From Myxococcota bacterium (GTDB taxonomy: Bacteria > Myxococcota > Myxococcia > Myxococcales > Myxococcaceae): a DNA stretch of 36,055 bases. The stretch covers positions 1-36,055 of the forward strand of contig JBMORE010000015.1 in assembly GCA_049322255.1 (NCBI GenBank). Reading direction: 5' to 3'. Shown in pieces: positions 7,391 through 17,380 of this stretch; the stretch's first letter is position 1, and each line of letters begins with the position of its first letter. The position numbers and the translations under genes were made by a program. Under the pieces are notes generated by a model. That model was not told the DNA's origin. It was given only the letters and a program-made list of their open reading frames with translations, and ran no database searches.

Positions 7391-9562
7391 GTGCAGCGTC
7401 ACCACCTGGTTCTCGTTTCTTTTGCCGCCTTCGGGTGGCTGATGCTCGGCTGTGGTTCCGCCATCAACAATCGATGCCAAAACGTCGTCTGTGACGTCCC
7501 GGGGACGGTGTGCGACCCCGCCGACGGGCTGTGCAAAGCGAGCGGCGGAGCAACGGACGCGGGCAGCGGCTGCAACCCGGCCTGCCAGGCTCCTACAGCG
7601 GTGTGTGTGGGCAACACCTGCAAGACGTGCTCGGCGAGCGCGGGGTGCCAGTCACCCACTCCCATTTGCAGCACGGCGGCCAACGGCGGGCTGGGCGCCT
7701 GCGTGCAGTGTCTGGCCAACATTCACTGCTCGGCCCCGACCCCGGTCTGCAACCTGAGCACCTCCACCTGCGAATCGGGCGGCGCCGTCGACGGCGGCGC
7801 AGACGGTGGCACCGACGGCGGGCTGGTGGTCATCCCCGACGGAGGCACCGCCATTGTCTCGGACAGCTGCGCCAACGTGACCGACATCACCTCGATGGTC
7901 GGCCAGCCCTTCACCGTCGATACCACGCTGGCGACGAATGATTTCGCCGGCAGCTGCACCAGCTCCGACACGCACCGGGACGTGGTGTACAAGCTGACCC
8001 TCACCACTCCGCGCGACGTCACCGTCACCGCGGCGGCCGCTGCCGGCAGCACCACCGTCGATCCCGTCATCTACCTGCGCCGCTCCCCCTGCGGCTCGAC
8101 CACCGCCGGCGATGAGTTGGCCTGCCAGGACGAAGGAGCAGGCGGTGACACCGAGACGTTCCGCGTGCTCAACCTCCCCGCCGGCGACTACTTCGTTTAC
8201 GTGGAAGGTTTCGGCTCCATAGGAGCCGGTCCCACCGAAGTGACCGTCTCCCTCAGCGGGCCGACGCCTCCTCCGGCCAATGACACCTGCGCCTCACCGC
8301 AAGCGCTCGCCTTCACCAACAACGTCGCCACCACCTCGGGGGACACCACCGCCGCCCTCAACGACAACACCTCCACCGATGCCTCGCCCAGCTGCTCGTT
8401 GGATGCGCGCAGCACCGGCCGGGACGTCGTCTTCACCTACGAGCTCACCCAAGCGCAGGACGTGGAAATCACCGTCACCCCCACCGGCGCTTCACCCACC
8501 TTCAAGCCGGTGGTGTACGTGCGCAAGCCGGGCATGTGCACCAGCTCTTCCTTGGCCGACCAGGTGACGTGTGTGACGACCTTCAACGCGACCGCGCAGG
8601 TGGTTTCCCTCACCAACCAGCTCCCTGGCATCTACTCGGTATGGGTGGACGGCTACGACGACACCTCGGGGCCGTTCTCGATACAGGTGCGCCTGTCGCC
8701 GCCCACCCCCGCGCCGACGAACGACACCTGCGCAACGGTTGCCAACGCCATCGTCGACGGGGGGACGAGCGCCACCTTCACCGTCAACCCAGGCGCAGCC
8801 GGAGACCATTACGCGGGCAGCTGCGCCGGCCGTGGAGCCCCCGAGGTGGTGTATCGGGTGGACGTGGCGCAGAGCTCCGACCTGTTGTTCACCTCCACCG
8901 GGGCTGCGGGGGTCGACCCCGTTCTCTACGTGGGCGCCGCTCCCTGTGAGGGTGCCGACGCCGGGGTGGGACGGGAGCTGGCCTGCCGCGATTCGACTTT
9001 CACCGGCGGAACCGAGTCCATTCTTCTCGGCGGGCTGGACGCCGGCACCTACTACTTGTTCGTCGATGCCTTCGGGGTGACGACCTCCGGGCTGCAAACG
9101 GTGACGGTGAAGACCCTGCCTGCTCCCACGCCGGGCACCAACGACACCTGCGCGAGCGCCGCGGCCTTGAGCTTCCCAGGGGGTGGAGGCTCGACCACCT
9201 TCCAGGTCGACACGTCCGCTTCGGCCGACGACTACAAGCTGAGCTGCAGCGCCGCCGGGGTCGGAGGAAAGGACGTGGTTTACCAAGTCACCCTCAGCGC
9301 TCCCTCGAGCCTCGTCTTCAGGGCGGTCGGGGCCGCGGGGGTCGACCCGGTGATTGCCGTGGGAGATACACCGTGCCAGGGCGCCGACGCCGGCGTGGGC
9401 AACTCGCTGGAATGCAAAGACCTCACCGGCATGGGCGGGCTCGAGTCCATCACTCTGAACCGGCTCGACGCGGGGACGTACTACCTGTTCGTCGACGGCT
9501 ACAGCACGGTCACCTCGGGAGTGCAGGCGGTGACCGTCACCGTGGGCGCTCCCATTCCCTAG
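7391..9562 (+). CDS. Cys-rich surface lipoprotein with four tandem PPC-like beta-sandwich repeats
   Basis: Lipobox MLGC; Cys-rich N-region; DAG/DGG linkers; four ~145-aa repeats with (N)D[ST]C...[DE]VV[YF]...PV[ILV]...G[DTI]Y; GGAGAG RBS upstream. Confidence 0.8.
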   Translation: MQRHHLVLVSFAAFGWLMLGCGSAINNRCQNVVCDVPGTVCDPADGLCKASGGATDAGSGCNPACQAPTAVCVGNTCKTCSASAGCQSPTPICSTAANGGLGACVQCLANIHCSAPTPVCNLSTSTCESGGAVDGGADGGTDGGLVVIPDGGTAIVSDSCANVTDITSMVGQPFTVDTTLATNDFAGSCTSSDTHRDVVYKLTLTTPRDVTVTAAAAAGSTTVDPVIYLRRSPCGSTTAGDELACQDEGAGGDTETFRVLNLPAGDYFVYVEGFGSIGAGPTEVTVSLSGPTPPPANDTCASPQALAFTNNVATTSGDTTAALNDNTSTDASPSCSLDARSTGRDVVFTYELTQAQDVEITVTPTGASPTFKPVVYVRKPGMCTSSSLADQVTCVTTFNATAQVVSLTNQLPGIYSVWVDGYDDTSGPFSIQVRLSPPTPAPTNDTCATVANAIVDGGTSATFTVNPGAAGDHYAGSCAGRGAPEVVYRVDVAQSSDLLFTSTGAAGVDPVLYVGAAPCEGADAGVGRELACRDSTFTGGTESILLGGLDAGTYYLFVDAFGVTTSGLQTVTVKTLPAPTPGTNDTCASAAALSFPGGGGSTTFQVDTSASADDYKLSCSAAGVGGKDVVYQVTLSAPSSLVFRAVGAAGVDPVIAVGDTPCQGADAGVGNSLECKDLTGMGGLESITLNRLDAGTYYLFVDGYSTVTSGVQAVTVTVGAPIP

Positions 9563-11823
9563 TCCGCGAAGGGGTCGAGCGTCGACTCATCGCTCACCGC
9601 CTTCTTCGGGCCCTGCTTCTTGGGCCTCTTCGGAGGACGGCGCACCTCGGCCGCCGGCTTGGGCTTTTCCGCCAGCACGACCTCGAGAACGGTGTCGGCA
9701 CTGGGGGTCACCTCACGGCTGGCCACCTCGTAGCCGTCGAGCTCCAGTCGGAACGTCAGGGGCTGGTCGGACTTGTCTAGATGGGTGCGCAGCGGGGTCA
9801 GCCCCACTTGTTCGTTGGTGTCGCTGCGCAGCACGCGCGCCCCTTCGGGCTTCGAGTCGAGCGTGAGCTGCACTTGCGCGGGCGGCGCAGGATGGTTCGG
9901 TTCCACCGGGGCCGCCACCGGTTCGGGCGCGCGGTTCTCCGCGCCATTGAAGACGAGGAAGGCTCCTCCTCCTCCGAGGGCAGCGAGCACACCCAAAACT
10001 GCGACCATGGGCGCCTTCGAGCGGCGCGGCCGTTCGATGACCTCCACGTCGGACGCCACAACGCCTTTGGTGCTCGAAGCATCGGCGGCGATCGAGGCCA
10101 GCGCCTGCTCGAGCGCCTCCATCGACGGGGGCCGCCCTTGCGGCTCCTTGGAGAGACAGCGCATCACCCACTGCTCGAGCTCTTTGGGAATCGGCTCGCC
10201 CCCCACGGTCCGCTCCCCCATGGGTGGCGGAGGCTTGGTCATGATCTGCACCACCAGCTTGCCGAACACCTCGCCCTCGAAGGGCACTCGTCCGGTGAGC
10301 AACTCGTAGAGCACCACTCCCACCGCGTAGATGTCGGCGCGAAAGTCGGTGCCTGCCCCCGAGGCCTGCTCTGGAGCCATGTAGGCGGGAGTACCGATGA
10401 TCGCCCCGGCCATGGTGCCCACCTTGGGCGCATCGGCCAGCGGCACCACCAGCTTGGCCACCCCGAAGTCGAGCACCTTCACGTAGTCGGATACCCCGCT
10501 GCGCTCAGTGATGAAGATGTTGTCGGGCTTGATGTCGCGGTGCACCACCCCCACCCGATGCGCGGCGGCGAGCGCGCTGCACAACTGCTGCCCGATGCGG
10601 GCGACGCGCCTGACCGAGAGCGGTTCGACGCGAGCCAGCGCGGAGAGGGAAGCCCCGGTGAGCAGCTCGAGCACGCAGTACACACGCTGCTCACCGTTGG
10701 GCCCCGCCTCTTCCTTGAAGTCGAAAATCTCCACGATGTGCTCATGGTTGATTTCGTTGACGGTGCGGGCCTCCTGGAAGAAGCGCTGCACCAGCTGGGA
10801 ATTTCTGGCGTGCTCGGGCAGCAGCACCTTGATCGCCACCTGTCGGCCGATTTTGGTGTGCTTGGCGAGGTAGACGCGGCCCATCGCGCCCTCACCGAGC
10901 AGACGCACCGTCTTGTAGTCCCCGAAGAGCTCTCCAGCCCCTTCCGCGTGCAGCTCGGCGGTGGCGCTCTTGGTGCCGGGGCGGCTAATGAAGGTGCTCC
11001 CCACGGGTGCTTCGCTGACGCCGGTCAGCGCGGCGGCCACCTCGCTGGCGGAGGCGAAACGCTCTTGCGGCCGCTTGGCCAGGCAGCGGTGGATGACCGG
11101 CTGCAGCTCGGCGGCGGTTTCGGGCAGGTCGGCGGGCCGCTCGTTCAAGTGCTTGAGGAGCAGCTCGCCGTAGTTCGAGGCGACGAAGGGAGGCGCGCCG
11201 GTGAGCGCCTCGAAGAGCAACACCCCCAGCGCGTAGATGTCGCTGTAGGGGCCGGCCTTGTGCCCTTCGATGCACTCGGGCGGGGTGTACTCCGGAGAGG
11301 CGAGGATGACGCCCGTGGCCGTCTTCACCGACTTGGGCCCCTGAATGTTGGCCAGCCCGAAGTCGAGCAGCTTGGGGCGAAAGGCACGCAGGCCGCCCGG
11401 GAGAAAGACGTTGTCCGGCTTCAAGTCGCGGTGCACCACCCCGCGCTGGTGCACATAGTCGAGGGCCTCACACAACGGCACCGCGAGCTGCACCAAGTCA
11501 GCCGGCGCCAAAGGCCCGTTCTTGCGTAGATAGGAGCCTAAGTCCTCGCCTTGGAGCAGCTCGTTGACCAGATAGACACGCCCGTCGGCGAGGCGGCCCG
11601 ATGCCAGGTGACGAACCACCCCGGCGTGCTCGAGCGTCTGGCAAATCTTCGCCTCGTCGAGGAAACGGCCCACCACCGAGGGGTCGGTGGTGAGCTCCTT
11701 GCGCAACACCTTCAGCACCACCTCGGCGCCGCCGCTGCCGCGATCTCGGGAGAGGAAGACTTCGGCGACGGCGCCGTCGGCGAGCTTGCGCACGACTTCG
11801 TACCGCGGTGCAGATTCGTTCAA
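9559..11823 (-). CDS. Membrane Ser/Thr protein kinase with two tandem kinase domains and a C-terminal PEGA-like domain
   Basis: Domain 1: HRDLKPDN/DFG. Domain 2: GEGAMG/VAIK/HRDIKPDN/DFG/GTPAYMAPE. One TM; LDSKPEGARV...VGLTPL...LELDGY PEGA-like region; ends LDPF. Confidence 0.93.
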   Translation of the reverse strand: MNESAPRYEVVRKLADGAVAEVFLSRDRGSGGAEVVLKVLRKELTTDPSVVGRFLDEAKICQTLEHAGVVRHLASGRLADGRVYLVNELLQGEDLGSYLRKNGPLAPADLVQLAVPLCEALDYVHQRGVVHRDLKPDNVFLPGGLRAFRPKLLDFGLANIQGPKSVKTATGVILASPEYTPPECIEGHKAGPYSDIYALGVLLFEALTGAPPFVASNYGELLLKHLNERPADLPETAAELQPVIHRCLAKRPQERFASASEVAAALTGVSEAPVGSTFISRPGTKSATAELHAEGAGELFGDYKTVRLLGEGAMGRVYLAKHTKIGRQVAIKVLLPEHARNSQLVQRFFQEARTVNEINHEHIVEIFDFKEEAGPNGEQRVYCVLELLTGASLSALARVEPLSVRRVARIGQQLCSALAAAHRVGVVHRDIKPDNIFITERSGVSDYVKVLDFGVAKLVVPLADAPKVGTMAGAIIGTPAYMAPEQASGAGTDFRADIYAVGVVLYELLTGRVPFEGEVFGKLVVQIMTKPPPPMGERTVGGEPIPKELEQWVMRCLSKEPQGRPPSMEALEQALASIAADASSTKGVVASDVEVIERPRRSKAPMVAVLGVLAALGGGGAFLVFNGAENRAPEPVAAPVEPNHPAPPAQVQLTLDSKPEGARVLRSDTNEQVGLTPLRTHLDKSDQPLTFRLELDGYEVASREVTPSADTVLEVVLAEKPKPAAEVRRPPKRPKKQGPKKAVSDESTLDPFAD

Positions 11824-11854
11824 GGGTCAGCGCCTCTTTCTTTGGGTGCCAGAC

Positions 11855-14050
11855 CTACCGCTTGCGCAAGATGGTGCCACCTTCGCCGACCACCAGCCCC
11901 TCGGCAGTCACGCCGAAGAGGGTGTTGGCAGTGCCACTGATGGAGAGGGAGCCACCGCTGCTGCCGGGAGGAACGAGCACGATGAGCCCGCCGTGCCCGA
12001 CCGCCCACGCGGCCCCGGTGGCGGCATCACCGCGTACGCCGTTCACGGGAGGCAGATAGGTTGCAGGCGTCGTGACGGCTCCCCCTAAGTTGTTCGCCCG
12101 GCCGAATGCTGCCTGCAGATCCCCACCCACGACGACCATGTCATTGGGTCGCCCCCACACCGCGCGCAGGGTGGGCGGAACGGAAAAGTCCTGTGACGAC
12201 ATCGCCACCGGCTGCCACCTCGTGCCATCGAAGCGAAGCACGATGGTCCGATCACCGACCGCCCAGACGTCCGTGCTGGAGGTGCCATGGAGCCCGTTGA
12301 GCGCCGCTCCAGGGGTGTAGGGATCCAGCAGGCAGCTTCGGTTCCGACAGCGAACCAACCGACCGCCGGCGGCGGCGGAGCCACCCACCACCCACACATC
12401 GTCAGGGCTGGCGCCCCACACCGCATTGAACGGACCGGAAAGCCCGCCGTCATTCGCGTCGACCCACCGGTCGCGTTCCCAGTAACGAATGAGGTTTCCG
12501 CCCGTCACCCATACCGTTCCGGCGTCGGGAAAGCCCCACACGCCCTCCAAGTCGACATTGGTCGTCGAGCTTTCTCTCTTCCAGGGCCCCTTCTGTACCG
12601 AACGCAACACCGTACCGCCCGCGCCGACCACCCACTCCTCTTGCGGGCCAGACCAGGCGGCGTGGAGGTTGCTCATGGAGACCTCGTGGAGCACCGACCA
12701 CACTTGGTTCACCCGACGCGCGAGCAAGCCACGCTCGCCCACCGCCCACACCTCGCTCTCGTTGGCGCCGAAGAGGCCCAGCAGGCCGCGGGCGCTTCCG
12801 CTGGCGGACGTCGTCCAGCCGCTGGAGGTGGCCGTGCGCCTGGCGAGCTGTCCGTTGCTGCCGGCGACGAGCACCTCTCCTTCGACCGACCCCCACACGT
12901 CGCGCGCGTCGAAAGAAAGGGGGAGGTTCTGCTGCACCCAGGCGGTGCCGTTGAAATGAAGCGTCGCCGAGCCCCCCACCACCCAAACGTCGTTGGGCCC
13001 CAGCGCCCACACCGCATTGAAGCCTCGAAGCGGCCCGCCCAGCGGAAGCGACTGCGCTTGCCAGCTGGTACCGTTTCCACGGCGGTAAACAGCACCGTCC
13101 TTAGAGACCACCCATACGTCCGTCCCCACGCCGTGCACCGCTGTGAACGCACCCGACGAAAACGCCGAGGGAGAGCTCCACCCCGCACTGGTTTTTTCGA
13201 GAATGACTCCGCTGTTGGTGCCAGCGGCGGTGGCCGCGCCCACCACGACGATTCGATCGGCGCTCTCTGCCCAGACGCCGAGCAGATCGGCGGGCAGATT
13301 GGAAGGACCTTCCGGGGCGAACGTACGCCCGTCGGTGCTGTGGAGAATGGTGCCGCCATTCCCCATGACCCAGATGTCGTTGGCCGCGCGCGCCCACACC
13401 GCGTTCAATTGAACATCCTTCACCGGGCTGACCAGCGCCTGCCACACGCGTCCATCGAAGTGGAGAATCAGACCCAGCTGACCCACCGCGTAGACGTTGT
13501 TCGCCGCCGTGCCATGAACGGCCAAGATGTGGTTGCCGGTGGGCAGCGGGTTCTCCCAACACCAGCCTTCGGAGCTGCACACCGGGCGAAGCTCGATTCC
13601 GCCATCCCCGGCGCCACCGTCGGTTCCGGGGCCTCCGTCGCCTCCGCCGGCGTCGGTGCCTCCATCCGTCCCCCCCGCTCCGCCTAGCCGAACGGTCACC
13701 GTGACTTCGCGCTTGGCGATGATGGTCGACTCCGCGGCGCCAAAGGCCACCACCTGTCCGTCGCGCAACGCCTCGACCTCGATGCGCACCACCTTCCCGT
13801 CGAGCGCGTCCTCGAGCAGCACCCGCAGGCTCTGCTGGCCCGAGAGGTTTCCCTTCACCACCTCCGGGCGGGTGGCACCCACCAGCTGTTCACCCCCGGC
13901 GCTGCCCAAAAACCGCAGCTGCGTGGCCTGCACCTCGCCCATGTCCACCACGATGAACAAGGCAGTGCCGACCCCGCAGCCTGGCGCGCCCACGGCACCG
14001 GCAACCGCCAGTGCGGCGGTGACCAGAGACAACATGCGTGCGCGTCTCAT
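11855..14050 (-). CDS. Lipoprotein with WD40/YVTN/BNR-like beta-propeller repeats
   Basis: Signal ending APGC; DGG/DAG linker; CSSEGWCWENPLP; about 13 repeats of L.AVWG....DVWAVG..G..L.[FW]DG..W. Confidence 0.82.
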   Translation of the reverse strand: MRRARMLSLVTAALAVAGAVGAPGCGVGTALFIVVDMGEVQATQLRFLGSAGGEQLVGATRPEVVKGNLSGQQSLRVLLEDALDGKVVRIEVEALRDGQVVAFGAAESTIIAKREVTVTVRLGGAGGTDGGTDAGGGDGGPGTDGGAGDGGIELRPVCSSEGWCWENPLPTGNHILAVHGTAANNVYAVGQLGLILHFDGRVWQALVSPVKDVQLNAVWARAANDIWVMGNGGTILHSTDGRTFAPEGPSNLPADLLGVWAESADRIVVVGAATAAGTNSGVILEKTSAGWSSPSAFSSGAFTAVHGVGTDVWVVSKDGAVYRRGNGTSWQAQSLPLGGPLRGFNAVWALGPNDVWVVGGSATLHFNGTAWVQQNLPLSFDARDVWGSVEGEVLVAGSNGQLARRTATSSGWTTSASGSARGLLGLFGANESEVWAVGERGLLARRVNQVWSVLHEVSMSNLHAAWSGPQEEWVVGAGGTVLRSVQKGPWKRESSTTNVDLEGVWGFPDAGTVWVTGGNLIRYWERDRWVDANDGGLSGPFNAVWGASPDDVWVVGGSAAAGGRLVRCRNRSCLLDPYTPGAALNGLHGTSSTDVWAVGDRTIVLRFDGTRWQPVAMSSQDFSVPPTLRAVWGRPNDMVVVGGDLQAAFGRANNLGGAVTTPATYLPPVNGVRGDAATGAAWAVGHGGLIVLVPPGSSGGSLSISGTANTLFGVTAEGLVVGEGGTILRKR

Positions 14051-14748
14051 CGGGCTGCCCTCCGCACGTTCAAGTCACCCAGGCTGGCCGGAGGCGGACG
14101 AGTCGCCACCGCCGCCACCGTCCCCGCGGCCACCACGCCCACACCGGTCCAAAACCACCAGGTGGTGAAAATTGATTTCTTCTCTTCCGGACGCGGGCCG
14201 GAGGTAACCAACGGCGGCGAAGCGCCGAGCTGACTGGGCTGAAGCTGCGCATTCTTGGGTGCATCGGCGACCGCCTTCTCCGCTTCGCCGATCCGTTTCA
14301 GCTCCGTTTCTGCCTCGACGGGGGCCTTGGGCGGCGCCCCCTTCGCTGGCTCGAGCTCTTTTTGCCGCTCGGTGTCCGCGCGGGCCAGGCGCTCCTTCGC
14401 TTCATTCTTGGTCTGCATCTCGACGATGAGCCCCTCGACCGTGTCGGCGTTGGCAGGCCGCTGGGGGCTGGTGTCGAGGTAGCGGCGATAGAAGAACGCC
14501 GCGCGCTCGTAGTTGCCCATCTGGCGGTGGCACTGGGCGATGTTGAAGAGAAAGGCCGGCAGCGGCTTGAGGCGGTACGCTTCGCCGTAGCCCGCCAGCG
14601 CGGCGGTGAATTCGCCCAAGTCGTACTCCTTCTGCGCCTTGTCGAAGGCGGCCTTGGCTTGGGTGTCCGCGGGGCTCTTCTTCGCCGCCAGAGAGGGCGC
14701 GGCGACGGTCAACAGGAGCACGGCGACTGCAGGGTGCACGGAGGGCAT
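14047..14748 (-). CDS. Secreted/membrane tetratricopeptide-repeat protein
   Basis: Signal peptide; TPR pattern YDLGEF..AL..Y.EAY..KP.PAFLFNIAQCHR; C-terminal WWFWTGVGVV TM segment; ATGA overlap with next gene. Confidence 0.85.
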   Translation of the reverse strand: MPSVHPAVAVLLLTVAAPSLAAKKSPADTQAKAAFDKAQKEYDLGEFTAALAGYGEAYRLKPLPAFLFNIAQCHRQMGNYERAAFFYRRYLDTSPQRPANADTVEGLIVEMQTKNEAKERLARADTERQKELEPAKGAPPKAPVEAETELKRIGEAEKAVADAPKNAQLQPSQLGASPPLVTSGPRPEEKKSIFTTWWFWTGVGVVAAGTVAAVATRPPPASLGDLNVRRAAR

Positions 14749-14866
14749 AGGGAAAGTCCGTGCAACCCCAGCGCCAAGCTTCGCCCACGTCGAACTGCGT
14801 GGTTACCGTCTTCTCCAAGAGCGCGATGGGGCAAAAGACCCAGCCCGGTGGGGCAATCAGCCCAGC

Positions 14867-15538
14867 TCACAACCGATAGGCGACGCCGAAGAGAACCTCG
14901 AGGGTGAAGCGGGCGTTGCCGGTAGTGAGAGTCGGCCCCATGCGAGTGTTGAGGGTGAGCGCCAGCTTCTGGTCGATGTAGTACTCGGCGCCCGCTCCCA
15001 CCAGGATGGGGAATTGGAAGCCGCCGGACGGACCGAACACCACGTACATCGGAAGCTCCAACCCCACGTTGACCAGAATCGCGCTGCTGGCAAAGACGCC
15101 CAGGCTGAGCGCCAGCGGCATCACCAGCCCCGCTTCGGTGCGCGAAGCGCCACGACCGGCAGAGAAGAAATAAAAAAAAGGCCCCGGCGCGAATTCCAGC
15201 CCCAGGTTGATGCGGTCGCGCTCCAGAAGCATCACCCGGAGCACGCCCTGCAGCTTGAGACCGGGGGCGACGGTGTCGACGCGGCCTTCGTAGCCGTAGT
15301 TGAGGTTGAATCGCCCGCCCACGTCGAGCTTGGGAGTCACCCCGTGTAACAGGCTCGCCGACAACCCCGGCCAGCCCAGCTCGGCGTGCACCACGGTGTT
15401 GCCCTGGTCCACCGTCTGGCCGCTCAGCACCGACCAACCTTGCCCGCGTCGGAAAGTCGTCGGCTCGGCCTCTTGCGCGCGCGCGCTTCCGCACCACAAG
15501 AGCGCCACGGCGAGGACCCATCCCACAGTCTGGTGCAT
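14867..15538 (-). CDS. Putative outer-membrane beta-barrel protein
   Basis: Signal peptide (ARA/Q), alternating amphipathic strands, C-terminal beta-signal-like FGVAYRL; AGGAGG RBS. Confidence 0.7.
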   Translation of the reverse strand: MHQTVGWVLAVALLWCGSARAQEAEPTTFRRGQGWSVLSGQTVDQGNTVVHAELGWPGLSASLLHGVTPKLDVGGRFNLNYGYEGRVDTVAPGLKLQGVLRVMLLERDRINLGLEFAPGPFFYFFSAGRGASRTEAGLVMPLALSLGVFASSAILVNVGLELPMYVVFGPSGGFQFPILVGAGAEYYIDQKLALTLNTRMGPTLTTGNARFTLEVLFGVAYRL

Positions 15539-15561
15539 CGTCCCTCCTGCAAAAGGAAAGG

Positions 15562-17280
15562 CTACGGCTGTCCCCGCTCCTTGGCCAGCGCGAGGAAGGC
15601 GTGCTCCAGCGCGGCCAAGCGCTCCGTTGCGCGGTGATGGGCAGCCGGCAGGGGCTCCTGCGCGAGGAGACGCTCTTTGAGCTCGAAGTAGTATTTGATT
15701 TTCGGCTCGGTGCCGCTGGGGCGCAGCGTCACCCGCCCGCCGTCCAAGACGTAGGCGATGACGTTCGATGGGGGCAGCCCGCGCGCGCCGGCCTGGTAGT
15801 CGAGCACCTCGCGTACGGTCATCTCGCCGATGCGCGAAGGGGGACGGACGCGAAAACCCTCCATGATGCCGCGGATGACCGCCTGCCCTGAGGCGCCGGG
15901 GAAGGTGAAGTTGGCCTGCTGGGCGACGAAGAGCCCGTGCCGGCGTTGAATCTCCTCCAGGTAACCGAAGACGGTGGTGCCGCGCGCGTGCGCCCAGGCG
16001 GCGAGGTCGGCGAACACCAAGGCGGCCCCCACCCCGTCTTTGTCACGCGCCACCGTGCCCACCGTGTAGCCCAGCGCCTCCTCATAGCCGAAGACGAAGG
16101 TGGCGCCCTCGCCGGCCTCACGCTCCAGGGCGCGGTTGGCGATCCATTTGAAGCCGGTAAGAGTCTCCTCGTAAAGCGCGCCCAGCTCGGCGGCGATCTC
16201 TCCCAGCTGTGCCGAGGAGACGATGGTGGTGATGACCAGCGGCTTGGGCGGGCGGGGCATTTTCTGGGTGAGCAGGTAGTGCCCGAGCAAGACACCCACC
16301 TCGTTGCCGGTGAGCGCGCGCAAGCGTCCGGCTCCATCACGCGCGAGCACCGCCAGCCGGTCGGCGTCGGGGTCGTTGGCGAGCACCAGCGGCGCCTTCA
16401 CCTTCTCGGCGAGGGCGAAGGCCAGATCCATGGCGCCCTTCTCCTCCGGGTTGGGGAAGCGCACCGTGGGAAAGTTGCCGTCGGGCTGGTGCTGCTCGGG
16501 AACTGGATGGACGCGAAACCCCGCCTCGCGCATCGCCGCGTCGACGAAGCGGCCTCCGACTCCGTGCATCGCGGTGTAGACCAGCTCGAGGTGGTGGGCG
16601 TCCTGGTGCACACGTAAGGCGAGGATGGCGTCGAGGTACGCGCGCTCCACCGCCGGTGGCACCTCCCGCCATAGCTTCTTCGTTCGCGCCTCGGCCTGGG
16701 GCACAAGCTTCACCTGGTCGGCCGGCTCCACCGCCTCGATGGCCGCAGCGATGCCCACATCGTGCGGGGGCACAATCTGCGCCCCGTTTCCCCAGTAGAC
16801 CTTGTAGCCGTTGTACTCGGGCGGATTGTGGCTGGCGGTCACCATCACCGCGGCGGCGGCGCCTAAGCGCAAGGTGGCGAAGGCGGTCACCGGAGTGGGA
16901 ACCAACTGGGGGAACACCCAGGCGGGAATGCCTTCGGCAGCGAGCACGCACGCGGTGTCCTCGGCGAATTCGGCGCTCATCCGGCGCCCGTCGCGGCCCA
17001 CCACCACGCCACGCGTCGCCACCTCGGGCACCTGACGCTTGAGGTATCGCGCCAGGCCGGCAGTCGTGCGGCGCACCACCGCGCGGTTCATGCGGTTGGA
17101 GCCAGCGCCCAGGACACCGCGCAGCCCGGCGGTGCCGAACTCCAGACTGCCGGTGAAACGGTCGGCCAGCTCGGCCTCGTCGTTTCGGGCGAGCAGCTTC
17201 TCCAGCTCGGCGGCGGTGACCGGGTCGGGGTCGCTCTTCTGCCAATTCTGAGCGCGGCGGCGAATCTCAGCGGGGTCCAT
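15562..17280 (-). CDS. Alpha-D-phosphohexomutase superfamily phospho-sugar mutase (PGM2/PMM type, possibly acting as phosphopentomutase)
   Basis: LEFGTAGLRG, catalytic TASHNP, metal loop DPDADR, GYEEALG, RPSGTEPKIKYY. Start set at ATG 17280 (GGAG RBS) because the upstream extension runs through a REP element. Confidence 0.93.
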   Translation of the reverse strand: MDPAEIRRRAQNWQKSDPDPVTAAELEKLLARNDEAELADRFTGSLEFGTAGLRGVLGAGSNRMNRAVVRRTTAGLARYLKRQVPEVATRGVVVGRDGRRMSAEFAEDTACVLAAEGIPAWVFPQLVPTPVTAFATLRLGAAAAVMVTASHNPPEYNGYKVYWGNGAQIVPPHDVGIAAAIEAVEPADQVKLVPQAEARTKKLWREVPPAVERAYLDAILALRVHQDAHHLELVYTAMHGVGGRFVDAAMREAGFRVHPVPEQHQPDGNFPTVRFPNPEEKGAMDLAFALAEKVKAPLVLANDPDADRLAVLARDGAGRLRALTGNEVGVLLGHYLLTQKMPRPPKPLVITTIVSSAQLGEIAAELGALYEETLTGFKWIANRALEREAGEGATFVFGYEEALGYTVGTVARDKDGVGAALVFADLAAWAHARGTTVFGYLEEIQRRHGLFVAQQANFTFPGASGQAVIRGIMEGFRVRPPSRIGEMTVREVLDYQAGARGLPPSNVIAYVLDGGRVTLRPSGTEPKIKYYFELKERLLAQEPLPAAHHRATERLAALEHAFLALAKERGQP

Positions 17281-17295
17281 GTTTGCTCCATGCAT

Positions 17296-17376
17296 CCCTC
17301 TCCCCCTGGGAGAGGGCAAGGGTGAGGGGCGGGGGTTGACGTTCCCTCACCCCACCCCTCTCCCACGGGGAGAGGG
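17296..17376. repeat. Inverted pair of REP-like palindromes (BIME-like)
   Basis: CCCTCTCCC-cct-GGGAGAGGG...GGGTGAGGGG at 17296-17330 and an inverted copy CCCTCACCCC-a-CCCCTCTCCC-acg-GGGAGAGGG at 17344-17376. Confidence 0.85.
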
Positions 17377-17380
17377 AGTT

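Noticed and set aside
17281..17319. N-terminal extension MPSPRGRGMHGAN of the mutase ORF
   Set aside because: It is read through the REP palindrome; ATG 17280 has an RBS and fits the family start
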